NCBI GenBank assembly: GCA_044220955.1
Contig: JBGAQA010000004.1
Location: forward strand, 1-64,000
DNA length: 64,000 bases
DNA from: Sandaracinaceae bacterium
GTDB taxonomy: Bacteria > Myxococcota_A > Polyangia > Polyangiales > Sandaracinaceae
Reading direction: 5' to 3'
The notes below the pieces were generated by a model that worked only from the letters and a program-made list of their open reading frames with translations, was not told where the DNA came from and did not search any database. Below, one piece after another: positions 38,893 to 49,263 of this stretch (position 1 is the first letter of the stretch; each line of letters starts with the position of its first letter). The translations under genes and the position numbers were made by a program.

Positions 38893-39540
38893 ATGAACCG
38901 CGCTGCTCGTCTCGCTGGCTTCCTCGCGCTCGCCTCCGCAGCCTCGGCCTTCGCGGGCTGTGGCACCGCCACCACGCTCGACGAGGACGCGGGCACGGGC
39001 GGCGGCACCGACACCGGCATCACGATCGGTCGCGACACGGGCACGACGACGATGACCGACACGGGCACGACGACGCCGGCCGACACGGGCATCATCGTCA
39101 TCCCGGAGGACACGGGCCCGGGCCCGGGCCGCGACGGAGGGCCCTTCATGCGGCCCGACATGGGCCCGCCGATGCCCGGCAACGACGCGGGGACGACGAT
39201 GGGCGTGATGTGCGGCACGGCCGTCTGCGGCGCGAGCGAGATCTGCTGCGTCACGCGCGACCCGGGCGGCATGATGCTCTCGATGGCTTGCACGACCGAG
39301 GCGGCGTGCACGGGCGTGCCGGTCAGCTGCGACGGTCCCGAGGACTGCGGGGGCGGTGAGGTGTGCTGCGCGAGCGGCGGCGCCGGCGGCATGGGCAGCG
39401 CGATGTGCGCGCCCGACGCGGACTGCGGCGGCTTCACGTCGGTGCGGCTCTGCCACACGGACGGCGACTGCTCGGCGGGCGACGCGTGCTGCATGTTCAT
39501 GGGCATCAGCGCCTGCTTGCCGCCGATCGCCTGCCGCTGA
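38893..39540 (+). CDS. Cys-rich lipoprotein
   Basis: Lipobox FAGC; DTG repeats; CDGPEDC…CC. Confidence 0.75.
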   Translation: MNRAARLAGFLALASAASAFAGCGTATTLDEDAGTGGGTDTGITIGRDTGTTTMTDTGTTTPADTGIIVIPEDTGPGPGRDGGPFMRPDMGPPMPGNDAGTTMGVMCGTAVCGASEICCVTRDPGGMMLSMACTTEAACTGVPVSCDGPEDCGGGEVCCASGGAGGMGSAMCAPDADCGGFTSVRLCHTDGDCSAGDACCMFMGISACLPPIACR

Positions 39541-39577
39541 CCCGATCCCACGGCGGGGCGCCCGTGGGCCTGGTGGC

Positions 39578-40255
39578 ATGAGCTTCGCGCGCATCCTCGA
39601 GCCCGAGCTGATGGACACCGAGGAGGAGGCCCTCGAGTACCACGCCATGGACTTCTCGGAGCCCGACGCGCGATTCGCGCGCGACGCCGTGGCGCTGCTC
39701 GGGGGACTTCCGAGGCCCGAGCTGATCGACTTCGGGGCGGGCACCGCCAAGATCCCGGTGATGATCTGCCGCGCGCGCCCCGACGCGCGGGTGCACGCGA
39801 TCGATCCGGCCGCCGAGATGCTGAAGGTCGCGGCTCGGCACGTCGCAGACGCGGGGCTCGCAGGGGCGATCACGCTCGCGCGCTCGGACGGCCGCGCGAC
39901 CAAGCTCGCTGCGGCGCGCTTCGACGCGGTGCTCTCGAACTCGACCGTGCACCACATCCACCAGCCGCTCGCGCTCTTGCGCGAGATGAAGCGTGTGCTC
40001 AAGCCCGGCGGCGCGATCCTCGTCCGTGATCTCTGCCGTCCGCGCTCGATGGACGAGGCGTGGGCGATCGTGAAGCGCGTCGCCGCCGGGGACTCCCTGC
40101 GCCAGCAGCAGCTCTTCTTCGACTCGCTCTGCGCCGCGCTGAACGTCGAAGAGGTGGAGAGGCTGCTCGCCGAGGTGGGCTGGCGCGAGCTGAAGGTGAC
40201 GATGAGCTCGGACCGCCACTGGTCGATCGAGCGCCGCGCCTCGGCGGCGCCCTGA
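39578..40255 (+). CDS. Class I SAM-dependent methyltransferase
   Basis: RILEPELMD, DFGAGTA, SNSTVHH, VLKPGG. Confidence 0.88.
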   Translation: MSFARILEPELMDTEEEALEYHAMDFSEPDARFARDAVALLGGLPRPELIDFGAGTAKIPVMICRARPDARVHAIDPAAEMLKVAARHVADAGLAGAITLARSDGRATKLAAARFDAVLSNSTVHHIHQPLALLREMKRVLKPGGAILVRDLCRPRSMDEAWAIVKRVAAGDSLRQQQLFFDSLCAALNVEEVERLLAEVGWRELKVTMSSDRHWSIERRASAAP

Positions 40256-40266
40256 GGGGCCCGCGC

Positions 40267-41385
40267 TCAGGGGCAGAACGCGCGCTCCGGCAGCTCGCAC
40301 GTGAGGCTGCTGCCGCAGCGCCCGCTGTAGCACTGCTCGCTCACCGAGCAGCTCTGCCCGAGGCCCCGCATCGCCTCGCAGACGGAGAGCAGGCAGACGT
40401 GGTCGGCGACGCACGCGGCTGGATCGAAGCAGTCGCCCCCGGCGAGCTGCACCGGCGCACAGGCGAGGGGAGAGCCCTGGCAGGCATGGCCCTCGGGACA
40501 GACCCCCTGGCCGACGCAGGGCTCGCCGACGCCGGGATTCGCGGCGCAGACCGAGCCGTGGTCGTAGTCGCAGAACAGGCCCTCCGCGCACCAGCGCGCG
40601 GGGTCGACGTCGGTGGAGAAGTCGAACGGGTTCACACAGGCGTCCCCGAGCGCCGCACGTCGCAGGTCGCGCACCTCGTGGCAGGTGCCCGCCGAGCAGC
40701 GAAGCGCGCCCTCGCAGCCCGCCGCTCCACAGGCCTGGCCGAGCCCCGGGCGCGCGCTCGTGTCGGTCGCGCACACGCCCGTCGCGTCGCATCTCAGACC
40801 GCGCGCGCACGGCGCGGCCGTGCACGCCTGGCCGAGCTGGGCCTCCAGGGCGCAGCGGCCTGCACAGGTGCACACGCCCGCCGCACACTCGGCCGTCCGG
40901 GTGCACGCAGCTCCGGCGGCGACGGTGCCGTGGAGGGCGGCGCGGCACGCGTCCGGCCACTCCGTGTCGCTCGGGATCGCCCCCGAGGCGCACACGGCGT
41001 CGTCGAAGGCCATCAGACAGGCGGAGGCCATGCTCGCGTCGAACGCGACGTCGGGGGACGCGAGCAGCTCGCCGTAGCGCCCCCGCGTCACCGCCAGGCA
41101 CTGGGCGCGCGAGAGGAACCTCTGGGTGAAGTCGAGGTCCGCCAGCGCGCAGTGGAACGCGGCGTCGCATCCGAGGCTCGCCATGGCGTCCACCAGCTCG
41201 GCCGCGCTCGTGGGCAGTGCCGCGTCGAGCTGCACCCCGGAGTCGCGCGGAGCGTCGGCGTCGAGCGGAGCGCCCGTGTCGGGGAGCGCGCTCGCGTCGG
41301 CGCCCGTCGCCGCGTCGGTCGGCGCGGCGGGCGAGGGACATCCGGTCACGATCAGGGCACAGAAGAGCAGCAGGGATCGGGTCAC
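40267..41385 (-). CDS. Cys-rich repeat lipoprotein
   Basis: Lipobox VTGC; repeated GxxC…C units. Confidence 0.75.
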   Translation of the reverse strand: MTRSLLLFCALIVTGCPSPAAPTDAATGADASALPDTGAPLDADAPRDSGVQLDAALPTSAAELVDAMASLGCDAAFHCALADLDFTQRFLSRAQCLAVTRGRYGELLASPDVAFDASMASACLMAFDDAVCASGAIPSDTEWPDACRAALHGTVAAGAACTRTAECAAGVCTCAGRCALEAQLGQACTAAPCARGLRCDATGVCATDTSARPGLGQACGAAGCEGALRCSAGTCHEVRDLRRAALGDACVNPFDFSTDVDPARWCAEGLFCDYDHGSVCAANPGVGEPCVGQGVCPEGHACQGSPLACAPVQLAGGDCFDPAACVADHVCLLSVCEAMRGLGQSCSVSEQCYSGRCGSSLTCELPERAFCP

Positions 41386-41407
41386 GGCGGGGCCTTTCGC
41401 GGGGGGC

Positions 41408-42370
41408 TCAGAACGCGAGCATGGTCGCGCAGTCGACGTCGCTCCCCGGCTCGACGCCGAGCAGCGTGGTGTAGCGCGCGTAGAAGCCGATGCGATCGGC
41501 GACGCGCGCATCACCCGGCATGTGGCACTCGAGGCCGCCGTTGATGATGTCGATCGTCACGCCGAAGCCGGGGCGGCGGCCGGCGGCGAGGTCGGCGGCG
41601 CTCGGCGTCCATCGGCCGGTCATCGCGTCGTGGCATGAGGGCTTGGGCGCCTGGGGCGTCATCCAGAACCAGATCGCCGTCTGCCACCCGACGACCCCGT
41701 CGCGCGTCACGAGGCCCGGGTCGTGGAGCAGGTCCAGGCCGAGCGCATCCCCGCACTGCGCGTAGTTGTAGTTCCACGAGAGCTGCAGGGGCCCACGCCC
41801 GTGGTACGTCTGCCCCGCGATGCACGGGAAGCTCGTCGCGTCGCAGTAGCCGGTGCAGCTCCCGCTGCCGCAGCCCACCTCCTCGCGGAAGCAGAGGCCC
41901 CAGGCGTGGGGGCCGTCGGGCGCGCTCGGCCAGCCGCCCGTCGTCTCGTGCGATGCGTTGGCGAGGAAGGCCGCGGCCTCGCGCCGCCGGTCGTCGAGCG
42001 AGCCGTCCGCCAGGAACGAGGGGAAGCGCGCCGCGGCGAGGACGAACGCGTCGTAGTCGTAGAGCGAGGCGTTGCAGGCCGCGTCGGTCCGGTGGAGCAA
42101 CATCGCGTCGAAGGTCGCGCGCGAGATCACGTCTCCGAGGCTCGACGGGCCGGCGTCGCTGCCCGGCGAGGCGGCGTCGCTCTCTCTCGTGCCGGTGTCG
42201 GAGCCCGCGTCCGGGGCCGGATCTGCGTCGGGTCCCGTCGCAGCATCGGGCAGCGTTCCGGTGTCCATCGCCGCCGCCCGCGCGTCCGCGCCGAGGCCCC
42301 CGTCGCTCGCCGGAGCCCCGGTCGAGCACGCGATCGCGAAGGAGCAGCAGAGGACGAGAGCGCGGCGCAT
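41408..42370 (-). CDS. GH19 chitinase, lipoprotein
   Basis: [53 protein letters not shown]; lipobox AIAC. Confidence 0.93.
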   Translation of the reverse strand: MRRALVLCCSFAIACSTGAPASDGGLGADARAAAMDTGTLPDAATGPDADPAPDAGSDTGTRESDAASPGSDAGPSSLGDVISRATFDAMLLHRTDAACNASLYDYDAFVLAAARFPSFLADGSLDDRRREAAAFLANASHETTGGWPSAPDGPHAWGLCFREEVGCGSGSCTGYCDATSFPCIAGQTYHGRGPLQLSWNYNYAQCGDALGLDLLHDPGLVTRDGVVGWQTAIWFWMTPQAPKPSCHDAMTGRWTPSAADLAAGRRPGFGVTIDIINGGLECHMPGDARVADRIGFYARYTTLLGVEPGSDVDCATMLAF

Positions 42371-42433
42371 CGCGCGAGCATGCGACGGAAACGAACGAGG
42401 CGCCCTCCTCTCGGAGAGCGCCCCGTCGCCCGA

Positions 42434-42457
42434 CCCTCTCCCGCTCGCGGGAGAGGG
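42434..42457. repeat. REP-like hairpin or possible terminator
   Basis: CCCTCTCCCGC-TC-GCGGGAGAGGG perfect 11-bp stem just downstream of the OmpA gene. Confidence 0.6.
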
Positions 42458-42465
42458 CTTGCCCA

Positions 42466-44781
42466 TCAGTCGTGCGCCGAGATGATGAACTGCACGCGGC
42501 GGTTGCGCGCGCGGCCCGCGGCCGTGATGTTCGGCGCGATCGGGTTCGAGTCGCCGTAGCCGTGCGGCTCGAGGCGGCTCGAGTCGACGCCGTGCGCCAC
42601 GAGCCAGTCGCGGACCGCCTCGGCGCGGCGCTGCGAGAGATCCTGGTTGTGGTCGTGGCCGCCACGGTTGTCCGTGTGCCCCTGGATCTCGATCCGCGTG
42701 ATCTCGGGGTGACGGAGCAGCACGTCCGCGATCTCGGTCAGCAGCGGCTCGCTGTCGGCGACGATCTCGGCGCTGTCGGTGACGAAGTTGATCTGGCGGC
42801 GGATGGTGATCTCGCGGGTGCCGACGCGCACGAGCGAGCGCGCGGGCCGCGCGACCAGCGTGATCTCCGGCGTCGCCTGCTCGCGCGCGACGACGGTGAA
42901 CTGCGCCTGCGTGATCAGGAAGTTCTCCGCCTCGACCCGCGCCGTGTACGTGCCCGGCGGCAGATCCTGGCGCTGGAAGTCCCCCGAGGGGCTCGTGACG
43001 ACCGTGAAGCCCTGCGGGCCGGTGACGGTCACCGTGGCGCCGCCGACGGCCGCGCCGGTGTCGCCGACGACGTGGGCGCGCACCGAGCCGACGCGCGGGA
43101 GCGCGACGAGCTCGCAGGTGACGGTCACGTCGCCGCCCTCGGCGGCCACCGTCGCCGCGCAGCTGCCGTCCTCGTAGAGCGGCGCGTGGATCGCCAGCGC
43201 GACCTCGCCGGGATCGAGCTCGTAGGTCGTGAAGTGCCCGTCCGCGCTGCCCGCGAGCGCCGTCAGGTCGCGGCCCGGGAACGAGACGATGGCGTCGGCC
43301 ACGCCCGTGGTCGTGCCCTGCTCGACGATCGTGCCCACCACGCGGCCGCGGGGCGGCGGCGGGATCTGGTGCTCGACGACGCGCTCGACCGAGACCTCCT
43401 GGATCACGGGCGGCTCCTCCATGCCGTCGAAGGCATAGGCGAGGCCGAACATCACGTTGTAGGGCGCGTTCGGCGCGAGCTCGCGGACGAACGTGTTCAT
43501 GCCCGTCGTGCCGATGTCGGCCGCGATGGTGATGGCGAGCCCGCGGAAGTCGCCGGGCGGCTGCAGGCGCAGGCCGAGGGTCAGCGTGCTCGGGTACGAG
43601 CCGAAGCCCTGGTGCGCGATGCAGCCGTCCTCGCCGGCGCGCGGCGAGCCGCTTCCGGGCGACGAGGGGATGAAGAGGCAGTTGTAGCTGCGGCTGTTGA
43701 CCGCGATGCCCACCGTCCACTCGACGATCGGCGTGATGTAGAAGTCGGGCAGGCCCGAGATCGGGACCTCGATCGGGAACTCGAGGCCGAGGCCGAGGTT
43801 GATGAAGTCCGTCCGGTTGATGCCCAGCGCGAAGCGCTCGACGCGCGAGAGCAGGTGGCGGTCCTCGTTCTGCGGCGACATGCGCGCCTCGGGGCCCGTC
43901 GTCGGCAGCGCGTTGTAGCGAGCGTTCTCGACGTCGTTGGTGAGGATGGCGGACTGATCGAACCAGTACTGCGCGTTCAAGCGCGCGATCATCGGGAACT
44001 CGACGCCCTGGATGCCGCGCAGGTCGAGCGCGCCGGCGAAGCGGACGCCGAAGCTCGTGGAGCGGGCGACGAGGCCGATGTCGCCGACGGTGTTGAGCAG
44101 GCCCACCGAGACGTCGCCGCCGATGGTGAGGCCCGGGATCACCTCGAAGTACGCCTTCACACCGAGGAGCGTGTCCCCGAGCACCTGGAACAGGCCGGGC
44201 GACTCGCGATCGTTCGAGTTGGCGGAGCTCGTCACGGACGCGAAGAACTCGAGGAAGTCGAGCGGCGTCCAGCTGAGCGAGAGCGCGCCGCCGATGTGCT
44301 GGTCGTGGTCGCCACCGACGAGCCAGTTGTTCAGGATGAAGAAGTTCGTGAGGAGGCCGACCCGGAACGACTGCGAGGGGCCCGAGCCCGCGTCCACCAC
44401 GTGGATACCGCCGGTGGGTCCGCTCCAGGTGTTGTGGAGCGTGAAGCGGCGGCGGCGCCACGCGCGGCTCCCGGAGCTCGACAGCAGATCGCCGCGCGGG
44501 TCGTAGGCGTGCCCGTCCTCGGTGCGGGGCGAGACCGTCCGCGTCGTCGACGTCGCCGCGGGCGTCGCGCCTTCGTCCGCGTCCGCGTCCGCGTCTTCGT
44601 CGCCGAATTCGTCCGACTGCGTCGTGGCCGCAGGGGTCGCCGCGGGCGTGTCGCCGCGCTCGCGGTCGTCGAACTCGTCGTCGAACTCGTCGAACGACTG
44701 CGCGGACGCGGCCAGTGGGAGAGCGCTCAGGGCGGCGGCGAGCACCAGAAACGAAATCGACCGGGTGAAGACAGTTCGCAT
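42466..44781 (-). CDS. OmpA-family outer membrane protein (barrel, carboxypeptidase-regulatory-like sandwiches, OmpA C-domain)
   Basis: Signal peptide; IQGHTDNRG…[12 protein letters not shown]…GYGDSNP…NRRVQF. Confidence 0.88.
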   Translation of the reverse strand: MRTVFTRSISFLVLAAALSALPLAASAQSFDEFDDEFDDRERGDTPAATPAATTQSDEFGDEDADADADEGATPAATSTTRTVSPRTEDGHAYDPRGDLLSSSGSRAWRRRRFTLHNTWSGPTGGIHVVDAGSGPSQSFRVGLLTNFFILNNWLVGGDHDQHIGGALSLSWTPLDFLEFFASVTSSANSNDRESPGLFQVLGDTLLGVKAYFEVIPGLTIGGDVSVGLLNTVGDIGLVARSTSFGVRFAGALDLRGIQGVEFPMIARLNAQYWFDQSAILTNDVENARYNALPTTGPEARMSPQNEDRHLLSRVERFALGINRTDFINLGLGLEFPIEVPISGLPDFYITPIVEWTVGIAVNSRSYNCLFIPSSPGSGSPRAGEDGCIAHQGFGSYPSTLTLGLRLQPPGDFRGLAITIAADIGTTGMNTFVRELAPNAPYNVMFGLAYAFDGMEEPPVIQEVSVERVVEHQIPPPPRGRVVGTIVEQGTTTGVADAIVSFPGRDLTALAGSADGHFTTYELDPGEVALAIHAPLYEDGSCAATVAAEGGDVTVTCELVALPRVGSVRAHVVGDTGAAVGGATVTVTGPQGFTVVTSPSGDFQRQDLPPGTYTARVEAENFLITQAQFTVVAREQATPEITLVARPARSLVRVGTREITIRRQINFVTDSAEIVADSEPLLTEIADVLLRHPEITRIEIQGHTDNRGGHDHNQDLSQRRAEAVRDWLVAHGVDSSRLEPHGYGDSNPIAPNITAAGRARNRRVQFIISAHD

Positions 44782-45023
44782 CCGATGCTCCTCGATGGCC
44801 GTGCCGTCCGAGACGCGCTCCGTGGCGCGTGCTTCATACACCATCCCACGCCGCAAGCACAAACCTCGCCGCAAGGATCGGACGCGATTCAGCGCGCTTG
44901 CGCGATCACACGGCACGAACCGGCGCAGCACGAGCGCGTCCGGGGCGCGGCTGCGTCATTCGGCGCACGGCGGTGTGCGTGTCGTCTCAGCGTGCCACGC
45001 CGTCCCCGTCGACGACGCGGCGC

Positions 45024-45392
45024 TCACTCCGGCGCGTCGGGCGCCGGGAGCTGCACGATGAGCGACACCTTTCCGCTCTCGGGGATCATGACCGCGCGCG
45101 CCCCCGAGGCGGATCCGTCGGGACCCGTCGCCTCGACCACGTGGCGGCCGGGAGCGACACCCTCGAGCTCGCACTCGCCGGCCTCGTTCGCGTCGCAGGA
45201 CGTCTCGTTCCCGGCTTCGTCGCGGATCGTCACGCGGCCCTGGGCGGGGTGCCCGTTCCGCACGACGTGCACGACGATCACCGAGTGGTCCGTCGCCGGC
45301 ACGGCCAGCTGAGCCAGCGCGTCGCCGCCGGCGCCGAGCCCGACCAGGCTCGCGGCGCCGATGGCAGCGGTGAGGCGGCGCACCGAGAACAC
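45024..45392 (-). CDS. Small secreted beta-sandwich protein
   Basis: Signal peptide; G.CELEGVAPGRHVV; start 45392 or 45383. Confidence 0.6.
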   Translation of the reverse strand: MFSVRRLTAAIGAASLVGLGAGGDALAQLAVPATDHSVIVVHVVRNGHPAQGRVTIRDEAGNETSCDANEAGECELEGVAPGRHVVEATGPDGSASGARAVMIPESGKVSLIVQLPAPDAPE

Positions 45393-45453
45393 GAAGCCGT
45401 TATAGCCCCCGCCCGGGGCGCGGTCACGGAAGATCCGGCGGCGTGCCGCCCTC

Positions 45454-46389
45454 TCAGGCCTCTTCTTCGGCGGGGACCTCGTACTGCGAGGTCTCGTCGT
45501 TCGTCGCCGTCGCCGCGCCACTCGGTGCCATCCGGCGCGCCGGCCGGCCTGGCCCGGGGGCGGCCTGGACCCGCGCCTCCTCGGGCAGCTCCGGACGCGG
45601 CGGGTGGGCGGGCTTCGGCAGACCGCCGCGGCCGTAGTCGAACAGGCCGCTCGACGTCGCGGCGTCCGGGCGCGGCTCGGGCTGGGGGCTCCACGCCGCC
45701 GGCAAGGTCGGTCGCGTCAGGATCGTCCCGTTGAACGTGTGCGGCGACGGGAGCGCGACGGGGGCGCTCGCCGTCCCCGGCCGCGGCTTGGCCGCCGCGC
45801 CGGCGCTCGCCGCCCGCGCGGGCGGGCCCTTCGGCGGCGGCGGTCGCGAGCGGGCCGTCTCGGCGACCAGCTCGTCGAGGTTGCCTACGGCCGTCGGCTG
45901 CTGCTCGGCGAACCCGGCCGCGTCCGGCTCCGCGTCCTGCACGTCGTCGGTGACGTCCGCCTCGACGGACTCGAGCGCGTCGGCCGCTGCGGCCTGCTTC
46001 GCCGCGTGCTGCTGCTCGAGGTCCTCGATCGAGACCTCACCCGTGGCGGGCTCCGCGTTGGGCTCCCCCGACATCGAGTTCCGCGCCATGAGCAGGCGCT
46101 CGAACATCACCTCGGCCGTGCCCTCGAGCGAGAGCGACTCGACGACGACGTCGAAGCGGTACTCGGGCGGGTGCTCCTCGCCGTTGTCGTAGCTGCCCTG
46201 GCACTTGCCCGTGCCTGCGAGCGCCGTCGAGCCGTCGGAGAACAGCACCGTGAACGTGACCCACTCGCCCTCGGCGATCGGCTCGGAGTACGGGAGCATC
46301 AGTCGCTCGGTGTCCACGCGCTGCGCGAAGTTCTCGGACAGCTCGGAGAAGTCGGCGAACGGCGTGGCGATCTCGAGGGCGCGGCTCAT
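45454..46389 (-). CDS. Hypothetical protein with N-terminal degenerate PilZ-like domain and low-complexity tail
   Basis: GEWVTFTVLFSDGSTALAGTG pattern; coupled to the xseB stop. Confidence 0.55.
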   Translation of the reverse strand: MSRALEIATPFADFSELSENFAQRVDTERLMLPYSEPIAEGEWVTFTVLFSDGSTALAGTGKCQGSYDNGEEHPPEYRFDVVVESLSLEGTAEVMFERLLMARNSMSGEPNAEPATGEVSIEDLEQQHAAKQAAAADALESVEADVTDDVQDAEPDAAGFAEQQPTAVGNLDELVAETARSRPPPPKGPPARAASAGAAAKPRPGTASAPVALPSPHTFNGTILTRPTLPAAWSPQPEPRPDAATSSGLFDYGRGGLPKPAHPPRPELPEEARVQAAPGPGRPARRMAPSGAATATNDETSQYEVPAEEEA

Positions 46390-46640
46390 GGCTTCTCCTT
46401 GGCGCTCGTGTCGTCGAGCGCGTCGATCCTGGTCGGCTTGGTGGTTCCGTTCGAGAGCAGCTGCTCGACCTTGAGCTCGGCCTGCTCGAGGCGCTCGGCG
46501 CCGAGACGGGAGAGGCGCACGCCCTCCTCGAAGAGCGCGAGCGAGTCCTCCAGCGGGAGGTCTCCCTTCTCGAGCGCCTCCACGATCTCGTTCAGCCGCG
46601 CCAGCGCGGTCTCGAAGCTCGGCTCCGCGGCGCGATCCAT
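46386..46640 (-). CDS. xseB: Exodeoxyribonuclease VII small subunit
   Basis: SFETALARLNEIVEALEKGDLPLEDSLALFEEGVRL…AELKV. Confidence 0.93.
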   Translation of the reverse strand: MDRAAEPSFETALARLNEIVEALEKGDLPLEDSLALFEEGVRLSRLGAERLEQAELKVEQLLSNGTTKPTRIDALDDTSAKEKP

Positions 46641-46675
46641 CCGAGCGGCAGACTGCCTCGATCGAGGGTCGAGGG

Positions 46676-48517
46676 TCAATGCCGGCCCGCGGTCCCCAGG
46701 CGCACGATCGCGGGGGCGTCGGGCACGCGGGGCACGAGGATCTCCCCGTCGACGGGCGCGAGGCGCAGCACCCGCCCGTCGGCGAGCAAGATCGTGGCCC
46801 GCACGTCGTCGGCGATGCTGGCGTCGTGGATGGCGATGCGGACGTGCAGCGGGGCCGTGGCGAGCGTGGTCCGTTCGCCGCGCAGGGCTGCCGCGACGCG
46901 GGGATCGGTCTCGATCCGAGCGCGCCCGAGCGCGCGCGGCCCGGCGAGCTGATCCGGTGGGAGCGCGAGCGCTGCCGCCAGTCGGACCTCGGGCGCCGGA
47001 TCCTCGAGCGCCGCGACGATCACCGCGCGGTGGCGCGCGCTCCCGAGCGCACCGAGCGCGCGGACGGCCTCGGCGCGCATCAGCGGGTCGTCGTGCCGTG
47101 TCGCCCGGACGAGGCGCGATACGAGCTGCCGGCGCTCGGCTGCGGACGCGACCGGCAGGGCATCGGGGATGCGGCCGATCCCGGCCAGGCACGTCTCGTC
47201 CGCGTCGAGGAGGGCCTGCGTCGCCGCGACGCTCTGCGGAGCACCGCCCGCGGCGAGCGCGAGCCAGCCGACGACGCGCGCGTCGCGCTCCGTCTCGAGC
47301 GCGCGCGCCGCGGTCTGCGCGCCGCCGGCGAGCACGAGGCAGAGCGCGCCGTCGACTCCGAGCGCAGCCTCGATGCAGCCGCGCTCGTCGACGTCGCCCG
47401 TGAGCGCGCGCGTCCACGGCGCGACGGAGCGCGCGAGGAGCGCCGCGTGCGCGTCGCCCGCCGGGTGGGCGAGCGCGAGGGCCAGGTCGGCGTCGGGCGA
47501 AGGCGGGAGCGCGGCGAGGATGTCGGCGCGGTCCCGCTCCACGAGCGCGTCGAGCGCTTCGGCACGCGTCGCGGGGACCTCGACGAAGCGCGCGATGCGC
47601 TCCCCGTCGGCGGAGACGTCGCGTTCGAGCAGCACGCCGAGCGCGCGCGCGGCCGCCTCTGCGCCGCGCGCACGCATGCGATCGAGCGCCACGTCCGCTT
47701 CGGCGGGCGCCAGGACGAGCAGCGCGCGGAGCGACGCCGTCTCGCGCGCGTCGTCGGCGTCGAGCCAGCCTCGCCATCGCTCGAGCGGAACGCGCTCCGG
47801 CGCATGCCGGGCGAGCAGGTCGAGCGCGGGCTCGATCAGCGTCGCGTCCGAGCGCGCCATCGCGGTCTCGGCCAGGGCGATCGCCTCCTCGGACGCGCTC
47901 TGCGCCCGCGCGAGCGCACGCAGCACCTCGCGCGCGACGGTCGGCTCGAGGTCGAGCCCCGCACGGACGAGCGCGGCGTCGCGTGCTGCCGAGGGCGCCG
48001 CGGACGCGATGCACGAGACGACGCGATCGCGGAGCGCGGGATCGTCGAGGGTCGCGGCGAGCCACCCGAGGCGCGCTTCGGTCCGCACGAGCGCGTCACA
48101 CGAGCGGGATCGGGCGCCCTCGCTCGCCAGGTGCTGGCGCAGGACCGGGAGCGCGGTGTCGCCTCCGATCGCGTCCAGGGCTCCGGCGATCGCACGCCGC
48201 TCCGGCACCGCTGCGCGCTCCCACGCCAGGGCGAGCGCGACCACGTCGCTCTCGTCCGCGCGGCGGGCCAGCGCCTGGATCATCGCGGCGAGCGTCTCGG
48301 GCACGGCCTCGTGCTCGATGGCGCTCCCGAGGGGCGCGGCGAGCGCGTCGTGTGGACCGACGAGCGCCAGCCGTCCGGCCGCGTCACGCCGCGTCTGCGC
48401 GTCGGCCGACGCGAGCGCGGGATCGCGCGCGGCGAGACGCGCGAAGAGCCCGTCCTGCGCGCGCGCGAGGCGTGGCCCGCACGCGAGCGCGAGCAGCGCG
48501 ACGAGCGCCCACCTCAT
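46676..48517 (-). CDS. Secreted HEAT-repeat protein
   Basis: Signal peptide ARA/Q; DDPLMRAEAVRALG, DPAPEVRLAAALAL. Confidence 0.7.
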   Translation of the reverse strand: MRWALVALLALACGPRLARAQDGLFARLAARDPALASADAQTRRDAAGRLALVGPHDALAAPLGSAIEHEAVPETLAAMIQALARRADESDVVALALAWERAAVPERRAIAGALDAIGGDTALPVLRQHLASEGARSRSCDALVRTEARLGWLAATLDDPALRDRVVSCIASAAPSAARDAALVRAGLDLEPTVAREVLRALARAQSASEEAIALAETAMARSDATLIEPALDLLARHAPERVPLERWRGWLDADDARETASLRALLVLAPAEADVALDRMRARGAEAAARALGVLLERDVSADGERIARFVEVPATRAEALDALVERDRADILAALPPSPDADLALALAHPAGDAHAALLARSVAPWTRALTGDVDERGCIEAALGVDGALCLVLAGGAQTAARALETERDARVVGWLALAAGGAPQSVAATQALLDADETCLAGIGRIPDALPVASAAERRQLVSRLVRATRHDDPLMRAEAVRALGALGSARHRAVIVAALEDPAPEVRLAAALALPPDQLAGPRALGRARIETDPRVAAALRGERTTLATAPLHVRIAIHDASIADDVRATILLADGRVLRLAPVDGEILVPRVPDAPAIVRLGTAGRH

Positions 48518-49167
48518 CCGAGGAGCCACGAGAGCAGCGCGCTCGCGCCGAGCACCAGCGCCGCCGCGCTCCGGGCGAGCGTGGCCTCCGCGCGCGGCGC
48601 GACGTGCGGATCGAGCGCCTCCCTCCGCGGGGAGACGCGCGGCGGATCCGCCCCGTCGGGGACCGGCTCGAAGAGCGTCCCTGCTCCGCGGTACGGCATC
48701 GCGCCCCGGGCGCAGATCCGGAAGCACGCGACGACCTCGACCTCTTCTCCGGCGCGGATGCGCTGCTCGACGACGAGGCCAGCCTCGCCGTGGGCGGGCG
48801 GCGCGTCCACGATCACGGTGCGTGGATCGACCTCGACGGCCCCGGTCTCGTCTTCCACGCGAAACGGGAACGCCTCCAGCGTGTGGGCCACGTCGCGCAG
48901 CACGCCCTGGCCCGGGTCGACCGACGCGCGCAGGACGTAGACGCAGCGCGCGTCGTCCACCTGGCTGGTCACCGTCTCGAGGGGCACCACGCGGCCGCGG
49001 ATGCGAAACCGCCCCTGTTCGAGCTGGGCGATCGGGCGCAGGCGCGTGCCGTCCTCGGCGGGCCGCCGCTCCGCGCGCGTCGCCCACGCCACGAGCGCGT
49101 ACGACGCGAGCCCTCCCGCTGCGAGCACCGTCACGACCACGACGAGCAGAGCATGCCGCGGGCCCAC
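48514..49167 (-). CDS. Two-TM protein with GIDE-like domain
   Basis: RIRGRV, PFRVEDETGAVEVDP, EQRIRAGEEVEV. Confidence 0.55.
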   Translation of the reverse strand: MGPRHALLVVVVTVLAAGGLASYALVAWATRAERRPAEDGTRLRPIAQLEQGRFRIRGRVVPLETVTSQVDDARCVYVLRASVDPGQGVLRDVAHTLEAFPFRVEDETGAVEVDPRTVIVDAPPAHGEAGLVVEQRIRAGEEVEVVACFRICARGAMPYRGAGTLFEPVPDGADPPRVSPRREALDPHVAPRAEATLARSAAALVLGASALLSWLLG

Positions 49168-49263
49168 GCTCGCGGTCGAGCCCCGCCGGCGGGCGAGGAG
49201 GCGCTGGCCCCGCCATCGCCGGGGTTGTATCCTCGCCGCCTTCTTTCGGAGCCCCACCTCGTC

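Noticed and set aside
41635..45312. 1225-aa plus-strand ORF
   Set aside because: Antisense to the chitinase and OmpA genes; Arg/Ala-rich high-GC artefact.
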